NCBI GenBank assembly: GCA_965203515.1
Contig: OZ241907.1
Coordinates: 4,071,235-4,135,234 of the forward strand
From: Spirochaetia bacterium
GTDB taxonomy: Bacteria; Spirochaetota; Spirochaetia; SZUA-6; Bin103
DNA: 64,000 bases
Direction: 5' to 3'
Shown here: positions 1 to 10,198 of the stretch, piece after piece
Numbering within the stretch: the stretch's first letter is position 1
Layout of the letters: each line of letters begins with the position of its first letter
The notes under the pieces: generated by a model
Databases searched by the model: none
Told to the model about the DNA's origin: nothing
What the model saw: only the letters and a program-made list of their open reading frames with translations
Program-made: the position numbers and the translations under genes

Positions 1-1
1 C

Positions 2-1036
2 CTGCGCGGGCTGTACGCGACCATCAAGACCTGCGACGCGCACGTCGAGTTCACGCTTCTGACCGGGGTGAGCAAGTTCTCCAAGGTCAGCGTCTTCTCC
101 GGCCTCAACAATCTCAAGGACATCACGCTGTCGCCGCGCTACTCGGCGATCTGCGGCTATACCGAGGCCGACCTCGACACGGTGTTCGCGGCGGAGTTGC
201 CGGGTCTGGACCGGGAGGAGATCCGCGACTGGTACAACGGCTATAACTGGCTGGGCGAGGAGCGGGTCTACAACCCGTTCGACATCCTGCTGCTGTTCGA
301 CGAGCGGACGTTCGCGGCGTACTGGTTCGAGACCGGTACGCCGTCGTTTCTGATCGACGCGCTGATCGAGCGCGGCGTCGCCTCGCCGGAGCTGGACAGC
401 ATGCTGGCCGGCGGCGACCTGCTGTCCGCGTTCGACGTGGACGAGATGGAGCCTGAGGCACTGCTGTTCCAGACCGGTTATCTGACCATCCGCAGCGTCG
501 AGCACTCGGCGCGCGGCCCGCGCTACCGGCTCGGCTATCCCAACCGCGAAGTGCGGCTCGCTCTGAACGAACGCCTGCTGCGGGCGCTGGCGCCCGCCGC
601 GGCGCGCCGGCTGACCCAGGACACGGCGTTGGAGCGGCTGCTGGCGGCGAACGACTTCGCCGGGCTGGAGCGGCTGTTCCGGGCGTTCTTCGCCGGCATC
701 CCGTACGAGTGGCACACGCGCAACGACATCGCGCGCTACGAGGGCTACTACGCGAGCGTCTGCTACTCCTGGTTCGCGGCGGTGGGGCTGGACGTCGCGG
801 TGGAAGATTCGAGCAGCCGCGGGCGGGTCGATCTGGCGGTGCGGTACCGGGGCAACGTCTATCTGTTCGAGTTCAAGGTGGTGGAGCTGGCGCCCGAGGG
901 CGCGGCGCTCACGCAGTTGCAGGCGCGCGGCTACGCGGAGAAGTACCGCGCGCTGGGCGAACCGATCCACCTGCTCGGAGTGGAGTTCAGCCGCGAGGCA
1001 CGCAACATCGCCGCCTTCGAAGTGGCCCGCGCCTGA
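2..1036 (+). CDS. AAA-ATPase-like / PD-(D/E)XK nuclease protein, copy 1 (5' truncated by window edge)
   Basis: Open frame from position 2 (LRGLYATIKTCDAHVEFTLLTGVSKFSK). Motifs WYNGY, YNPFD, LLFQTGYLTI, YPNREV; C-terminal GRVDL...FEFK nuclease motif. Paralogous to 6083-7630 and 12734-14275. Confidence 0.9.
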   Translation: MRGLYATIKTCDAHVEFTLLTGVSKFSKVSVFSGLNNLKDITLSPRYSAICGYTEADLDTVFAAELPGLDREEIRDWYNGYNWLGEERVYNPFDILLLFDERTFAAYWFETGTPSFLIDALIERGVASPELDSMLAGGDLLSAFDVDEMEPEALLFQTGYLTIRSVEHSARGPRYRLGYPNREVRLALNERLLRALAPAAARRLTQDTALERLLAANDFAGLERLFRAFFAGIPYEWHTRNDIARYEGYYASVCYSWFAAVGLDVAVEDSSSRGRVDLAVRYRGNVYLFEFKVVELAPEGAALTQLQARGYAEKYRALGEPIHLLGVEFSREARNIAAFEVARA

Positions 1037-1131
1037 CGCCCCGCCCCCGCGCCGGCGTGCCGTTCGACCGGCCCCCGCACCGGCGGTACGCAGTTGCGCG
1101 ACCGGAGCGGCCCGCGTACCCTGGGCGCGCC

Positions 1132-2115
1132 ATGGCTGTTTCCAAGCCCCCCGTCGGGCCGCCTCGCCCCGACACGGCTGTCGCGCCGCCGGCGGCGCCG
1201 GAGTTCCCCGGCTGCACGCCGGTCCATCTGCCGGCAGAGGAGCTCGAACGCAGCGACCAGCGGTTGGAGTATTGGGACGGCGCTACCGAAACCGCCTGGA
1301 TCTGCGAACCGGTCAGCCCCTGTCACGAGCGGCCCTCCGGCCGCCTGACCCGGTTCACGGAGCGGATCGCGCAGGTGCGCGGCGCGCCGATCGAAAGCTA
1401 CGGCTCGATGGACCTACGGCAGCACGACGGGCCGCGCAGCATCATGCAGGCCGACGAGTCGGTGTACCTGCATCCGGGCAGCGCCCGCCTGCCGGGGCCG
1501 GCAGCGATGGTGATTGGCGTGGACGACTATCCGGACGTGGTGCTGGAGGTCGACCACACCACCGACGTGCGGCGCGGCAAGCTGGGGTTGTACGAGTCGT
1601 GGGGATTCCCGGAGGTATGGGTGGAGGTGCCGGACGAGGCCGCTCCGAGCCGCCCGCGGAGCCGGCGTCCGGGGCTGACGATCCACGTGCTGAAAGATGG
1701 CGCGTACCGGGCGGCGCCGGAGAGCCGGGCGTTTCCGAGGTGGAAGGCGGAGGAGATCCACGCGGCGTTGAACGAACCGATGCTGTCGGCGCAGACCAGC
1801 GCGATACTGGAGCGGGTGGGGAGGGCGCTCGGCGAGCGGGAGGGCACCGGACCGGATCACGATCCGCTGCTGCGGTCGCAACGGCGCCGGGGATTCGAGC
1901 GCGGCCTGGAGCAGGGGCGGGCGGAGGAGCGCGCGCGGCTGTGCCGGCAGGCGGCGCTGAAGTTCGACGACGACACGGCGCAACGGCTCGCAGTGCTGCT
2001 GGAGCAGACCGCCGATCCGGACCGCTTGGCGCAGGCCGGCGTCCGGATCATCGAGTGCGCGACCGGAGCCGAGCTCCTCGACCGGGTAGCAGGCAACACC
2101 GCCCGCCGGACGTGA
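1132..2115 (+). CDS. Uma2 (DUF820)-family PD-(D/E)XK nuclease with an Rpn-like C-terminal tail
   Basis: ATG at 1132. RLEYWDG, QADESVY, PDVVLEVD, KLGLYESWGFPEVW; tail GLEQGRAEE...KF...ELL. Confidence 0.75.
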   Translation: MAVSKPPVGPPRPDTAVAPPAAPEFPGCTPVHLPAEELERSDQRLEYWDGATETAWICEPVSPCHERPSGRLTRFTERIAQVRGAPIESYGSMDLRQHDGPRSIMQADESVYLHPGSARLPGPAAMVIGVDDYPDVVLEVDHTTDVRRGKLGLYESWGFPEVWVEVPDEAAPSRPRSRRPGLTIHVLKDGAYRAAPESRAFPRWKAEEIHAALNEPMLSAQTSAILERVGRALGEREGTGPDHDPLLRSQRRRGFERGLEQGRAEERARLCRQAALKFDDDTAQRLAVLLEQTADPDRLAQAGVRIIECATGAELLDRVAGNTARRT

Positions 2116-2145
2116 CCCGGCGGGGCCGGTATCTCCTGGGAGGCA

Positions 2146-4119
2146 ATGCGGTATCTCTCGACGGCGCTCCGCATGGGCTTGGTCCTCGGTCTGGCGGCCG
2201 CGCCGTCCGGCATGCTTGGCGCCGCGCCCTCCCTGCGGCCGGCGGCCCCGCCGGCACTGGCCGCGGTCCTGCGCCACAGCGCGTCGGTCAGTGAGCGCAA
2301 CGCGCTGATCGTCGAGGTGCGGGTGGCGCTGGCGCGCGCGGCGCGGGTGTTCGTCGAGTACGACAACCCGCAGGCCGGCCGCTACCGCACGCCGCTGAGC
2401 GAGCCGGGCGCGGCGCACGCCATCCCGCTCGTCCGGCTGCGCCCGGAGACGACCTACGACTACGCCATCTTCGTGGCGGAGGGCTCCGCGGCGAACGGCG
2501 CGGATGCCACGCCCGAGGCGGGCGGCCGGTTCACCACCGGCCCGCTGCCGCGGCGCCTCGCCGCCATCGCGATGCAGGTGCGCGGCAGAAGCTCGCAGCC
2601 GCTCATCCTGTCCGATTACCGGCGCGGCGACGGCCGCGGGTACTTCCTGTTCTGGGATGAAGTGGGCGCAATCGTCTGGTACTACGCTACCACCGAGAAG
2701 TTTCATCTGAGCCCCATCACTCAGTTGCCGGACGGCAACTTCCTCTACCTGGACCGCGAGCGGATCACCGAGATCACCCCCTTGGGTGAGATCTTCACCC
2801 GGATCGAGCAGGGCGGCGCCGCGGGGATTCCGCACCATGAGGTCACCCTGCTCGCCGATGGCCGCGTGATCTACCCGAGCCGGGAGTTCGTCGTCATCGA
2901 CGACTCGGCGAACGGCGGGCCGGCGGAAGTTACCTTCGGAATCGACACGCTGCGCGTCTGGGACCGCGCGAGCGGAGGCATCGCACAGGTCTGGGACCCT
3001 CGGGAGGCATGGGACATTCGCGACCCGGCCCAGCGCGTGCCGGACCCGAACGGCGACGTTACCAATTGGATACACCTGAACTCGGTGAGCATCGGTCCGC
3101 GCGGCAACCTCATCATCTCGTCCCGCGCGCGCAGTCAGGTCGTCTCGCTCAGCGCCGACCTGCAGGCGATCGAATGGCAATTGCACGGGCCGGCCAGCGA
3201 TTACGAGTTTCCGAACCGGAACGACCGGTTCTACCGGCAGCACACCGCGGCGCAGCTCGACAACGGCAACGTATTGCTGTTCGACAACGGCTCCGGGCGG
3301 CCCGACGCCGAAGGCGGCGCCTACTCGCGCGCGCTGGAACTGCGGCTGGACGCGGCGGCCGGCACCGCGGTGAAGGTGTGGGAATACCGGCCGACGCCGG
3401 ACATCTACTCGGCGAGCCAGAGCAGCGCCTATCGGCTGAGCAACGGCAACACGCTGATCAACTTCGGCGTGAGAACCGCCACCAGGGCACTCGACACCTT
3501 GCCGCTGACCGTCGTCGAGGTGGACGCGGCCGGCAACGAGGTGTTCCGGGTCGATACCCGGCAGTGGTATGAATTGCGCCCGCGCTACCCGCGGCGGTAC
3601 CGGGCCTACGGCGGCATCGAGTCGATCAGGGGCGAAACCATGCTGCGCCCGCCGGCGTCGGCGCCCGAGCCGTTCGATGACGATTACTACTTGGCGCAGG
3701 AGCTGGCCGGGTTCCGCGAACTGGAGGCCGCCCTGGAGGGCCGGCGGCGCGCCGCCGGGGGGGTGTTCGACCTGTATCTGGCCGGGGACCGGCTGGTGTA
3801 CGCGAAGGAGCCCTGCGCGCGGGCCGATTTCCGGGCGCAGTTCTTCCTGCACGTCTTCCCGGCCAGCGAAGACGATCTGGCCTCCGATGGCGATCTGGCC
3901 TCCGATGGCGATCTTGCCTCCGGCAGCCGGGAGCAGGGATTCGAAAACCTCGATTTCTCGTTCCCGGACCGGGGAACGCTGTGGGAAGGCGCGTGTCTGG
4001 CGGCCGTGACGCTCCCGGAGTACGAGATCGCCCGCCTCCGCACCGGCCAGTTCATCAGCCGGGAGGGCGAGCTCTGGAGTGCCGAGATTGCGCTGCCGGG
4101 CACGGCGCGGCAGCCGTGA
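2146..4119 (+). CDS. Exported aryl-sulfate sulfotransferase (ASST) family protein with C-terminal two-Cys domain, copy 1
   Basis: Signal-peptide-like N-terminus, Ig-like LRPETTY segment, ASST-type motifs HHE, WIHLNS, QHTA, LFDNG, SAYRLSNGNTLI, YRA. Confidence 0.85.
   Translation: MRYLSTALRMGLVLGLAAAPSGMLGAAPSLRPAAPPALAAVLRHSASVSERNALIVEVRVALARAARVFVEYDNPQAGRYRTPLSEPGAAHAIPLVRLRPETTYDYAIFVAEGSAANGADATPEAGGRFTTGPLPRRLAAIAMQVRGRSSQPLILSDYRRGDGRGYFLFWDEVGAIVWYYATTEKFHLSPITQLPDGNFLYLDRERITEITPLGEIFTRIEQGGAAGIPHHEVTLLADGRVIYPSREFVVIDDSANGGPAEVTFGIDTLRVWDRASGGIAQVWDPREAWDIRDPAQRVPDPNGDVTNWIHLNSVSIGPRGNLIISSRARSQVVSLSADLQAIEWQLHGPASDYEFPNRNDRFYRQHTAAQLDNGNVLLFDNGSGRPDAEGGAYSRALELRLDAAAGTAVKVWEYRPTPDIYSASQSSAYRLSNGNTLINFGVRTATRALDTLPLTVVEVDAAGNEVFRVDTRQWYELRPRYPRRYRAYGGIESIRGETMLRPPASAPEPFDDDYYLAQELAGFRELEAALEGRRRAAGGVFDLYLAGDRLVYAKEPCARADFRAQFFLHVFPASEDDLASDGDLASDGDLASGSREQGFENLDFSFPDRGTLWEGACLAAVTLPEYEIARLRTGQFISREGELWSAEIALPGTARQP
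3874..3921 (+). repeat. 18-bp in-frame tandem repeat (DLASDG x2 plus a partial unit)
   Basis: gatctggcctccgatggc twice, then gatcttgcctcc. The paralogue at 4116-6014 has one unit fewer. Confidence 0.85.
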
Positions 4120-6014
4120 GGTATCCGGCGCTCCGCATGAGCTTGATCCTCGGTCTGGCGGCCGCGGCCGGCGTGCTCGGCGCCGCGCCGCCGGAGGCGC
4201 CGGCCGCGGTCCTGCGGCACGGCGCGTCCGTGAGCGAGCGCAACGCGCTGATCGTCGAGGTGCGGGTAACGCTGGGGCGCGCGGCGCGGGTGTTCGTCGA
4301 GTACGACCACCCGCAGGCCGGCCGCTACCGCACGCCGCTGAGCGAGCCGGGCGCGGCGCACGCCATCCCGCTCGTCAGGCTGCGCCCGGAGACGACCTAC
4401 GATTACACCATCTTCGTGGTGGACGGCGCCGCGGCGGCCGCCGGGCCGCGCGGCCGGTTCACCACCGGACCGCTGCCGCTGCGCCTCGCCGCCATTCCGA
4501 TGAGGGTGCACGGCAGAAGCTCGCAGCCGCTCATCCTGTCCGATTACCGGCGCGGATACTTCCTCTTCTGGGACGAGGTGGGCGCAATCGTCTGGTACTA
4601 CGATGCGCCCGATACCAGGTCGTTCCAGCCCAGCGCCATCGCGCAGACGCCCGCCGGCACCTTCCTCTTCCTGGACCGCGGGAGGGGTCTGGTCGAGATC
4701 ACCCCATTGGGAGAGGAGGTCAACCGGTTGGAGCGGGACGGCGCAACGGGGATACCGCACCATGAGGTCACCGTGCTCGCCGATGGCCGCGCGATCTACC
4801 CCAGCCGGGAGCTCGTCGTCATCGACGACTCGGCGAACGGCGGGCCGGCGGCGGTCACGTTTACGATCGACAATCTGCGCGTCTGGGACCGCGCGAGCGG
4901 ACAGGTCGAGCAGATCTGGGACTCCAAGGAGGCCTGGGATCTGCTCGACCCGGCGCAGCGCCTGCGCAGCCCCGGACCCGGAGTCCCGTTCGGTTGGACG
5001 CACCTCAACTCGGTGAGCAGCGGCCCGCGCGGCAACCTCGTCCTGTCGTTCCGCGATCGCAATCAGGTGGTTTCGCTCAGCGCCGACCGGCGGGCGATCG
5101 AATGGCAGCTGAACGGGCCGGACAGCGATTACGAGTTCCCGGACCCGAATGACCGGTTCTACGGACAGCACACCGCGGCGCAGCTCGACAACGGCAACGT
5201 ACTGCTGTTCGACAACGGCCGGGGGCGGCCCGCGGCGGAGGGCGGGCGCTACTCGCGCGCGCTGGAGCTGCGGCTGGACGAGGCGGCCGGCACCGCGGTG
5301 AAGGTGTGGGAGTACCGGCCGACGCCGGACATCCACTTGACGGGCCGGGGCAGCGCGTACCGGCTGAGCAACGGCAATACCCTGATCAACTTCACCCGGG
5401 GCGACCAGGAAGGCAACCGCTCCGTGGTGGAGGTGGACGCCGCCGGCAACGAAGTGTTCCGGGTCGATACCCTGCACTGGCATGCCCCGCGCGCGAGCTT
5501 TCCGACGCGGTACCGGGCCTACGGCGGCAGCGAGGCGATCATGGGCGAGACCATGCTGCGGGCGCCGGCCGCGGCGCCCGCGCACGCGCATGCCGCGACG
5601 TTCGCGCCGGATTACTACCTGGCGAAGGAACGGGCGAGGTTCCGGGAGTTGGCGGCGGTCCTGCGCGGCCGGCAGCGCGCCGCCAGCGGGGCGTTCGACC
5701 TCTATCTGGCAGGGGGGCGGCTGGTATACGCGAAGGAGCCCTGCGCGCCGGAGGATGTCCGAGCGCGCTTCTTTCTACACGTCTTCCCGGCCGCCGAAGA
5801 CGATCTGGCCGCCGATGGCGATCTGGCCTCCGGCAGCCGGGCGCAGGGATTCGACAATCTCGATTTCCTGTTCTGGACCCACGGCGTGCTCCGGGACGGC
5901 GCCTGCCTGGTGGCCGTGACGCTGCCGGACTACGCGATCGCCCGCATCAGGACCGGACAGTTCAGCGGGGACGAGCTCTGGAGCGTCGAGTTCCCGGCGC
6001 CGGCCGGCGAATGA
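4116..6014 (+). CDS. Exported aryl-sulfate sulfotransferase family protein with C-terminal two-Cys domain, copy 2
   Basis: GTG overlaps the upstream TGA (GTGA). Close paralogue of 2146-4119 with the same catalytic motifs. Confidence 0.85.
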   Translation: MRYPALRMSLILGLAAAAGVLGAAPPEAPAAVLRHGASVSERNALIVEVRVTLGRAARVFVEYDHPQAGRYRTPLSEPGAAHAIPLVRLRPETTYDYTIFVVDGAAAAAGPRGRFTTGPLPLRLAAIPMRVHGRSSQPLILSDYRRGYFLFWDEVGAIVWYYDAPDTRSFQPSAIAQTPAGTFLFLDRGRGLVEITPLGEEVNRLERDGATGIPHHEVTVLADGRAIYPSRELVVIDDSANGGPAAVTFTIDNLRVWDRASGQVEQIWDSKEAWDLLDPAQRLRSPGPGVPFGWTHLNSVSSGPRGNLVLSFRDRNQVVSLSADRRAIEWQLNGPDSDYEFPDPNDRFYGQHTAAQLDNGNVLLFDNGRGRPAAEGGRYSRALELRLDEAAGTAVKVWEYRPTPDIHLTGRGSAYRLSNGNTLINFTRGDQEGNRSVVEVDAAGNEVFRVDTLHWHAPRASFPTRYRAYGGSEAIMGETMLRAPAAAPAHAHAATFAPDYYLAKERARFRELAAVLRGRQRAASGAFDLYLAGGRLVYAKEPCAPEDVRARFFLHVFPAAEDDLAADGDLASGSRAQGFDNLDFLFWTHGVLRDGACLVAVTLPDYAIARIRTGQFSGDELWSVEFPAPAGE

Positions 6015-6018
6015 GCGT

Positions 6019-6047
6019 ATGAGAGCCGCGCGGCGTTCGGCTATCAT
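6019..6047 (+). promoter_or_regulatory. Palindromic sigma70-like promoter/operator upstream of AAA copy 2
   Basis: ATGAGA-17 bp-TATCAT; arms ATGAGAGCCG/CGGCTATCAT form an inverted repeat (9/10). Repeated at 10095 and 12670. Confidence 0.6.
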
Positions 6048-6082
6048 GGCCGGACCGTGACCGCGACGCATCGAGACGCGCC

Positions 6083-7630
6083 ATGACGCGCGGGAAGCTG
6101 CCGATCGGCATTCAGACCTTCCGCAAGCTCCGCGAGGACGACTGCTACTACGTCGACAAGACCGCCTTCATCCTCCGCTTGACGCGGGAGGGCAAGCACT
6201 ACTTCCTGTCGCGCCCGCGGCGGTTCGGCAAGAGCCTGCTGGTCGACACCATCAAGGAACTGTTCGAGGGCAGCGAGGAACTGTTCCGCGGCCTGCACGT
6301 GCACGACCACTGGGAGTGGTCCAAGCGCCGCCCGGTGGTGCGGCTCGACTTCAGCGGCGGCGACTACTCGGAGCCGGACGGTCTGCAAGAAGACTTGGCC
6401 GACCAGTTGACGGCGCTCGAGACGGCCGCCGGCGCGAGCCCGCGCAGCGCCGCGGCGCCGATCCGCTTCCGGCGCCTGCTCGAGGAGCTGCACCGGAGCG
6501 CCGGCAGGCGGGTGGCGGTGCTGATCGACGAGTACGACAAGCCGATCCTGGACGCGCTGGGGACGCCGGCGGTCGCGGCCGCCAACCGCCGCCTGCTGCG
6601 CAGCCTCTACTCGAACGTGAAGTTCGCCGACGCGCACATCCACTTCACGCTGCTCACCGGGGTGAGCAAGTTCTCCAAGGTCAGCGTCTTCTCCGGCCTC
6701 AACAACCTGATCGACATCACCCTGGAACCGGAGTTCTCGGCGATCTGCGGCTATACCGAGGCCGACCTGGACACGGTGTTCGCGGCGGAGTTGCCGGGCC
6801 TGGACCGGGACGAGATCCGCGACTGGTACAACGGCTATAGCTGGCTGGGCGAGGAGCGGGTCTACAACCCGTTCGACATCCTGCTGCTGTTCCGGCGCCG
6901 CGCGTTCGCGGCGCACTGGTTCGAGACCGGCACGCCGTCGTTTCTGATCGACATTCTGATCGAGCGCGGCGTCGCCTCACCGGAGCTGGACGGGATGCTG
7001 GCCGGCGGCGACCTGCTGTCCGCTTTCGACGTGGAGGAGATGGAGCCCGAGGCGCTGCTGTTCCAGACCGGCTACCTGACCATCCGCAGCGTCGAGAACT
7101 CGACTCGCGGCCCGCGCTACCGGCTCGGCTATCCCAACCGTGAAGTGCGGCTCGCTCTGAACGAACGCCTGCTGCGGGCGCTGGCGCCCGTAGCGACTCG
7201 CCGGCTGACACAGGACACGGCACTGGAGCGGCTGCTGGAGACGAACGACTTCGCCGGGTTGGAGCGGCTGTTCCGGGCGTTCTTCGCCGGCATCCCGTAC
7301 GAGTGGCACACGCGCAACGACATCGCGCGCTACGAGGGCTATTACGCGAGCGTCTGCTACTCCTGGTTCGCGGCGGTGGGGCTGGACGTCACGGTGGAGG
7401 ATTCGAGCAGCCGCGGGCGGGTCGATCTGGCGGTGCGGTACCGGGGCAACGTCTATCTGTTCGAGTTCAAGGTGGTGGAGCTGGCGCCCGAAGGGGCGGC
7501 GCTGGCGCAGTTGCAGGCGCGCGGCTACGCCGACAAGTACCGCGCGCTGGGCGAACCGATCCATCTGCTCGGCGTGGAATTCAGCCGCGAGGCGCGCAAC
7601 ATCGCCGCCTTCGAGGTGGCCTGCGCCTGA
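6083..7630 (+). CDS. AAA-ATPase-like / PD-(D/E)XK nuclease protein, copy 2
   Basis: LPIGIQTF, YYVDKT, Walker A RPRRFGKS, Walker B LIDEYD, C-terminal GRVDL...FEFK. Confidence 0.92.
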   Translation: MTRGKLPIGIQTFRKLREDDCYYVDKTAFILRLTREGKHYFLSRPRRFGKSLLVDTIKELFEGSEELFRGLHVHDHWEWSKRRPVVRLDFSGGDYSEPDGLQEDLADQLTALETAAGASPRSAAAPIRFRRLLEELHRSAGRRVAVLIDEYDKPILDALGTPAVAAANRRLLRSLYSNVKFADAHIHFTLLTGVSKFSKVSVFSGLNNLIDITLEPEFSAICGYTEADLDTVFAAELPGLDRDEIRDWYNGYSWLGEERVYNPFDILLLFRRRAFAAHWFETGTPSFLIDILIERGVASPELDGMLAGGDLLSAFDVEEMEPEALLFQTGYLTIRSVENSTRGPRYRLGYPNREVRLALNERLLRALAPVATRRLTQDTALERLLETNDFAGLERLFRAFFAGIPYEWHTRNDIARYEGYYASVCYSWFAAVGLDVTVEDSSSRGRVDLAVRYRGNVYLFEFKVVELAPEGAALAQLQARGYADKYRALGEPIHLLGVEFSREARNIAAFEVACA

Positions 7631-7653
7631 CGCTCCGCCCCAGCGGCGCCGGC

Positions 7654-10077
7654 GTGGTCGAAGCGGGGGGACCTGCCATCACACTGAACCGCCGACCGCC
7701 GCAACTGTCGCAGGATACGCCTCGGCGGCTGCCCTGGCGCGACGCGCTCATCGCGCTGATCGCGTTCGCGGCGGTGGGCGCCGCCCTCCTCGACGACTAC
7801 GGCGTGTCGATGGACGAGTCCGCGCAGCGCAGCTACGGCCAGGCGGCGATCGCCTACGTGCTGGGCGACGCCGGCGCCCTGCCGACCGACCACAACCGGT
7901 ACTACGGAGTCGCGTTCGAAGCGCCGCTGGTACTGGTCGAGCGGCTGCTCGGCCTCACCGACAGCCGCGCCGTCTACCTCAGCCGCCACCTGCTGACCCA
8001 CCTGTTCTTCCTCACCGGCGGCTTCTTCTGCTGGCTGCTGACCTTCCGCCTGTTCCGCGACCGCCGCTTGGCGCTGTTCGCCCTGCTGCTGTTCCTGCTG
8101 CAGCCCCGCCTGTACGCCCACTCCTTCTTCAACACCAAGGACATCCCCTTCCTGACGATGTTCATGATCGCGCTCTATCTGGTGCAGCGCGCCTTCCGCC
8201 GCGACACCGCCGGCGCGTTCGCGCTCTGCGGGCTGGGCGTGGGCGTGCTGGTCAACCTGCGCGTCATGGGCCTGCTGCTGTGCGCGGCGGTGCCGGCGCT
8301 GCGGGCGCTCGACCTGATACAGGCCGGCGGGCCGGCGGAGCGGCGGCGGGTGCTGGCGACCGGCGGGGCGTTCCTGCTGGCTGCGGCGGCGACCCTGTAC
8401 GCGGTCTCTCCCTACCTCTGGCGCAACCCGCTGGAGCTGGCCGACGCCGTCGTCACGCTGGCGCAACACCCGGCCCGCATTCGGACGCTGTTTCAGGGCA
8501 CGGTGGTGCGCTGGCCGGAGATTCCTCCGCACTACCTGCCGACCTGGATGGCGATCACCACGCCGCCGGCGGCGCTGCTGTTGAGCCTGGCCGGGATCGG
8601 CGCCGTGCTCGCGCGCGGCCTGACCCGCCCGCGCGCCGCCCTCCGCAACACCCCCGTCACGCGCTTCGGGGTGCTGCTGGTCGCTTGTCCGATTCTGTCG
8701 ATCGCGGCCGTCATCGCGGTCAACGCCAACCTCTACAAAGGCTGGCATCACATGTACTTCCTGGCCGCTCCGCTGTGCCTGCTGGCGGTCTACGGCCTGC
8801 GCCGGCTGCTGGCCGCCGCGCACCGGCGGCGGTGGCTGCGGCGCGGCATCTACGCGCTGGCCGCGGCGGGCGTGGCCGCGGCCGCGGTCGAGATGGCGCT
8901 GATCCACCCGCATCAGATCGCGTACTTCAACTTCCTGGTCGACCGCCGTACCCCGGAGTACCTGCGCACCCGGTACGAGATGGAGTACTGGGGTTCAGCG
9001 TACCGCGAGGGGCTGGAGTATCTGCTCCGCCACGATCCGCAGGCAGCCATCCACGTCGTTGCGCAGAGCGACTGGAGGCGCGCGCACGTCAGAAACAACC
9101 TGCGCATTCTCCCCGCGGCCGAACGCCGCAGGATCGTCTTCACCGACCGCGCGCACGACGTGGCCGACCATCCCTACTACGTCATCACCAGTCATACCCG
9201 CGCCGATCACTTCCGCAGATTCCCGCTCTCGCCGGTGGTATACGCGCGCCGCATCTACCACAACACCATCCTCACGGTGGCGACCCTCGACCCGTCGCCG
9301 GGAGGCGATACCGCCGCCGCGGCCTTCCGGGCAGCGGACCGCGCCGCCCGGTCGGGGGAGCCGACCGCCAGTTCGCACTTCGACCTGTATCTCGACGGCG
9401 CCACGCTGACCTACGTCAAGGACCGGTGCGCGCCGGAGGACGTGCAGGAAAAGTTCTTCCTGCACGTCTTCCCGGCGGACCCCGCCGATCTGCCCGCCTA
9501 CCAGCGGGCGATGGGGTTCGAAACCCTGGACTTCTATCTCTGGGAGGGCGGCGTGCGGCGCGGCGGCGCCTGCGTGGCGGTCGTGGCGCTGCCCGACTAC
9601 GAGTTCACGCGCATCCGTACGGGGCAATTCGTGCGGGATGGAGTCGGATCGCAACTCTGGAGCGTGGCGTTCGCGGCCGGACCAACCGCGCAACGCTATC
9701 GGCAAGCGCGCGCCGAGATTCGTTCCGGCGCCTGGGGAGCGCCGGCCGCGCGCGGGACCTTCGATCTCTATCTCGCCGGAACCGCGCTGGCGTACTACAA
9801 GGAGCCGTGCGCCGCGGAGGACCTGCGGGAGCGGTTCTTCCTGCACCTGATTCCGGCGGACGCGGGGGACCTGCCGCCGGAACATCGGCCTTACGGCTTC
9901 GAGAACGTCGGCTTCTACTTTCGGGAATACGGGGCGCGGCTGGGCGAAGCGTGCGTGGCGCTGGTGCCGTTGCCGGAGTACGCGATCGCCCGCCTCGGCA
10001 CCGGCCAGTTCATCAGCGGGCAGGGCCAGCTCTGGAGCGCGGAGATTGCGGCGCCGGCCGCGGCGCAGGAACCGTAA
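7654..10077 (+). CDS. GT-C (ArnT/PMT, family 39-like) membrane glycosyltransferase with two C-terminal two-Cys domains, copy 1; start uncertain (GTG 7654 or CTG 7705)
   Basis: DYGVSMDE after the first TM helix, many TM helices, HSFFNTKD, YLPTWMAITTP, EYWG. Confidence 0.8.
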   Translation: MVEAGGPAITLNRRPPQLSQDTPRRLPWRDALIALIAFAAVGAALLDDYGVSMDESAQRSYGQAAIAYVLGDAGALPTDHNRYYGVAFEAPLVLVERLLGLTDSRAVYLSRHLLTHLFFLTGGFFCWLLTFRLFRDRRLALFALLLFLLQPRLYAHSFFNTKDIPFLTMFMIALYLVQRAFRRDTAGAFALCGLGVGVLVNLRVMGLLLCAAVPALRALDLIQAGGPAERRRVLATGGAFLLAAAATLYAVSPYLWRNPLELADAVVTLAQHPARIRTLFQGTVVRWPEIPPHYLPTWMAITTPPAALLLSLAGIGAVLARGLTRPRAALRNTPVTRFGVLLVACPILSIAAVIAVNANLYKGWHHMYFLAAPLCLLAVYGLRRLLAAAHRRRWLRRGIYALAAAGVAAAAVEMALIHPHQIAYFNFLVDRRTPEYLRTRYEMEYWGSAYREGLEYLLRHDPQAAIHVVAQSDWRRAHVRNNLRILPAAERRRIVFTDRAHDVADHPYYVITSHTRADHFRRFPLSPVVYARRIYHNTILTVATLDPSPGGDTAAAAFRAADRAARSGEPTASSHFDLYLDGATLTYVKDRCAPEDVQEKFFLHVFPADPADLPAYQRAMGFETLDFYLWEGGVRRGGACVAVVALPDYEFTRIRTGQFVRDGVGSQLWSVAFAAGPTAQRYRQARAEIRSGAWGAPAARGTFDLYLAGTALAYYKEPCAAEDLRERFFLHLIPADAGDLPPEHRPYGFENVGFYFREYGARLGEACVALVPLPEYAIARLGTGQFISGQGQLWSAEIAAPAAAQEP

Positions 10078-10094
10078 GACCGGCGGATGAGCGG

Positions 10095-10123
10095 ATGAGA
10101 GCCGCGCGGCGTTCGGCTATCAT
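10095..10123 (+). promoter_or_regulatory. Second copy of the palindromic AAA leader
   Basis: ATGAGAGCCGcgcggcgttCGGCTATCAT, identical to 6019-6047. Confidence 0.6.
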
Positions 10124-10138
10124 GGCCGGACCGTGACC

Positions 10139-10198
10139 GGGGTGGAGTTCAGCCGCGAGGCGCGCACCATCGCCGCCTTCGAGGTGGCCCGCGCCTGA
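10139..10198 (+). pseudogene. Deletion scar of a fourth AAA/PD-(D/E)XK gene (only the last ~19 codons remain)
   Basis: The AAA leader joins directly to sequence encoding GVEFSREARTIAAFEVARA*, followed by the same downstream flank as the full copies. Confidence 0.9.
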
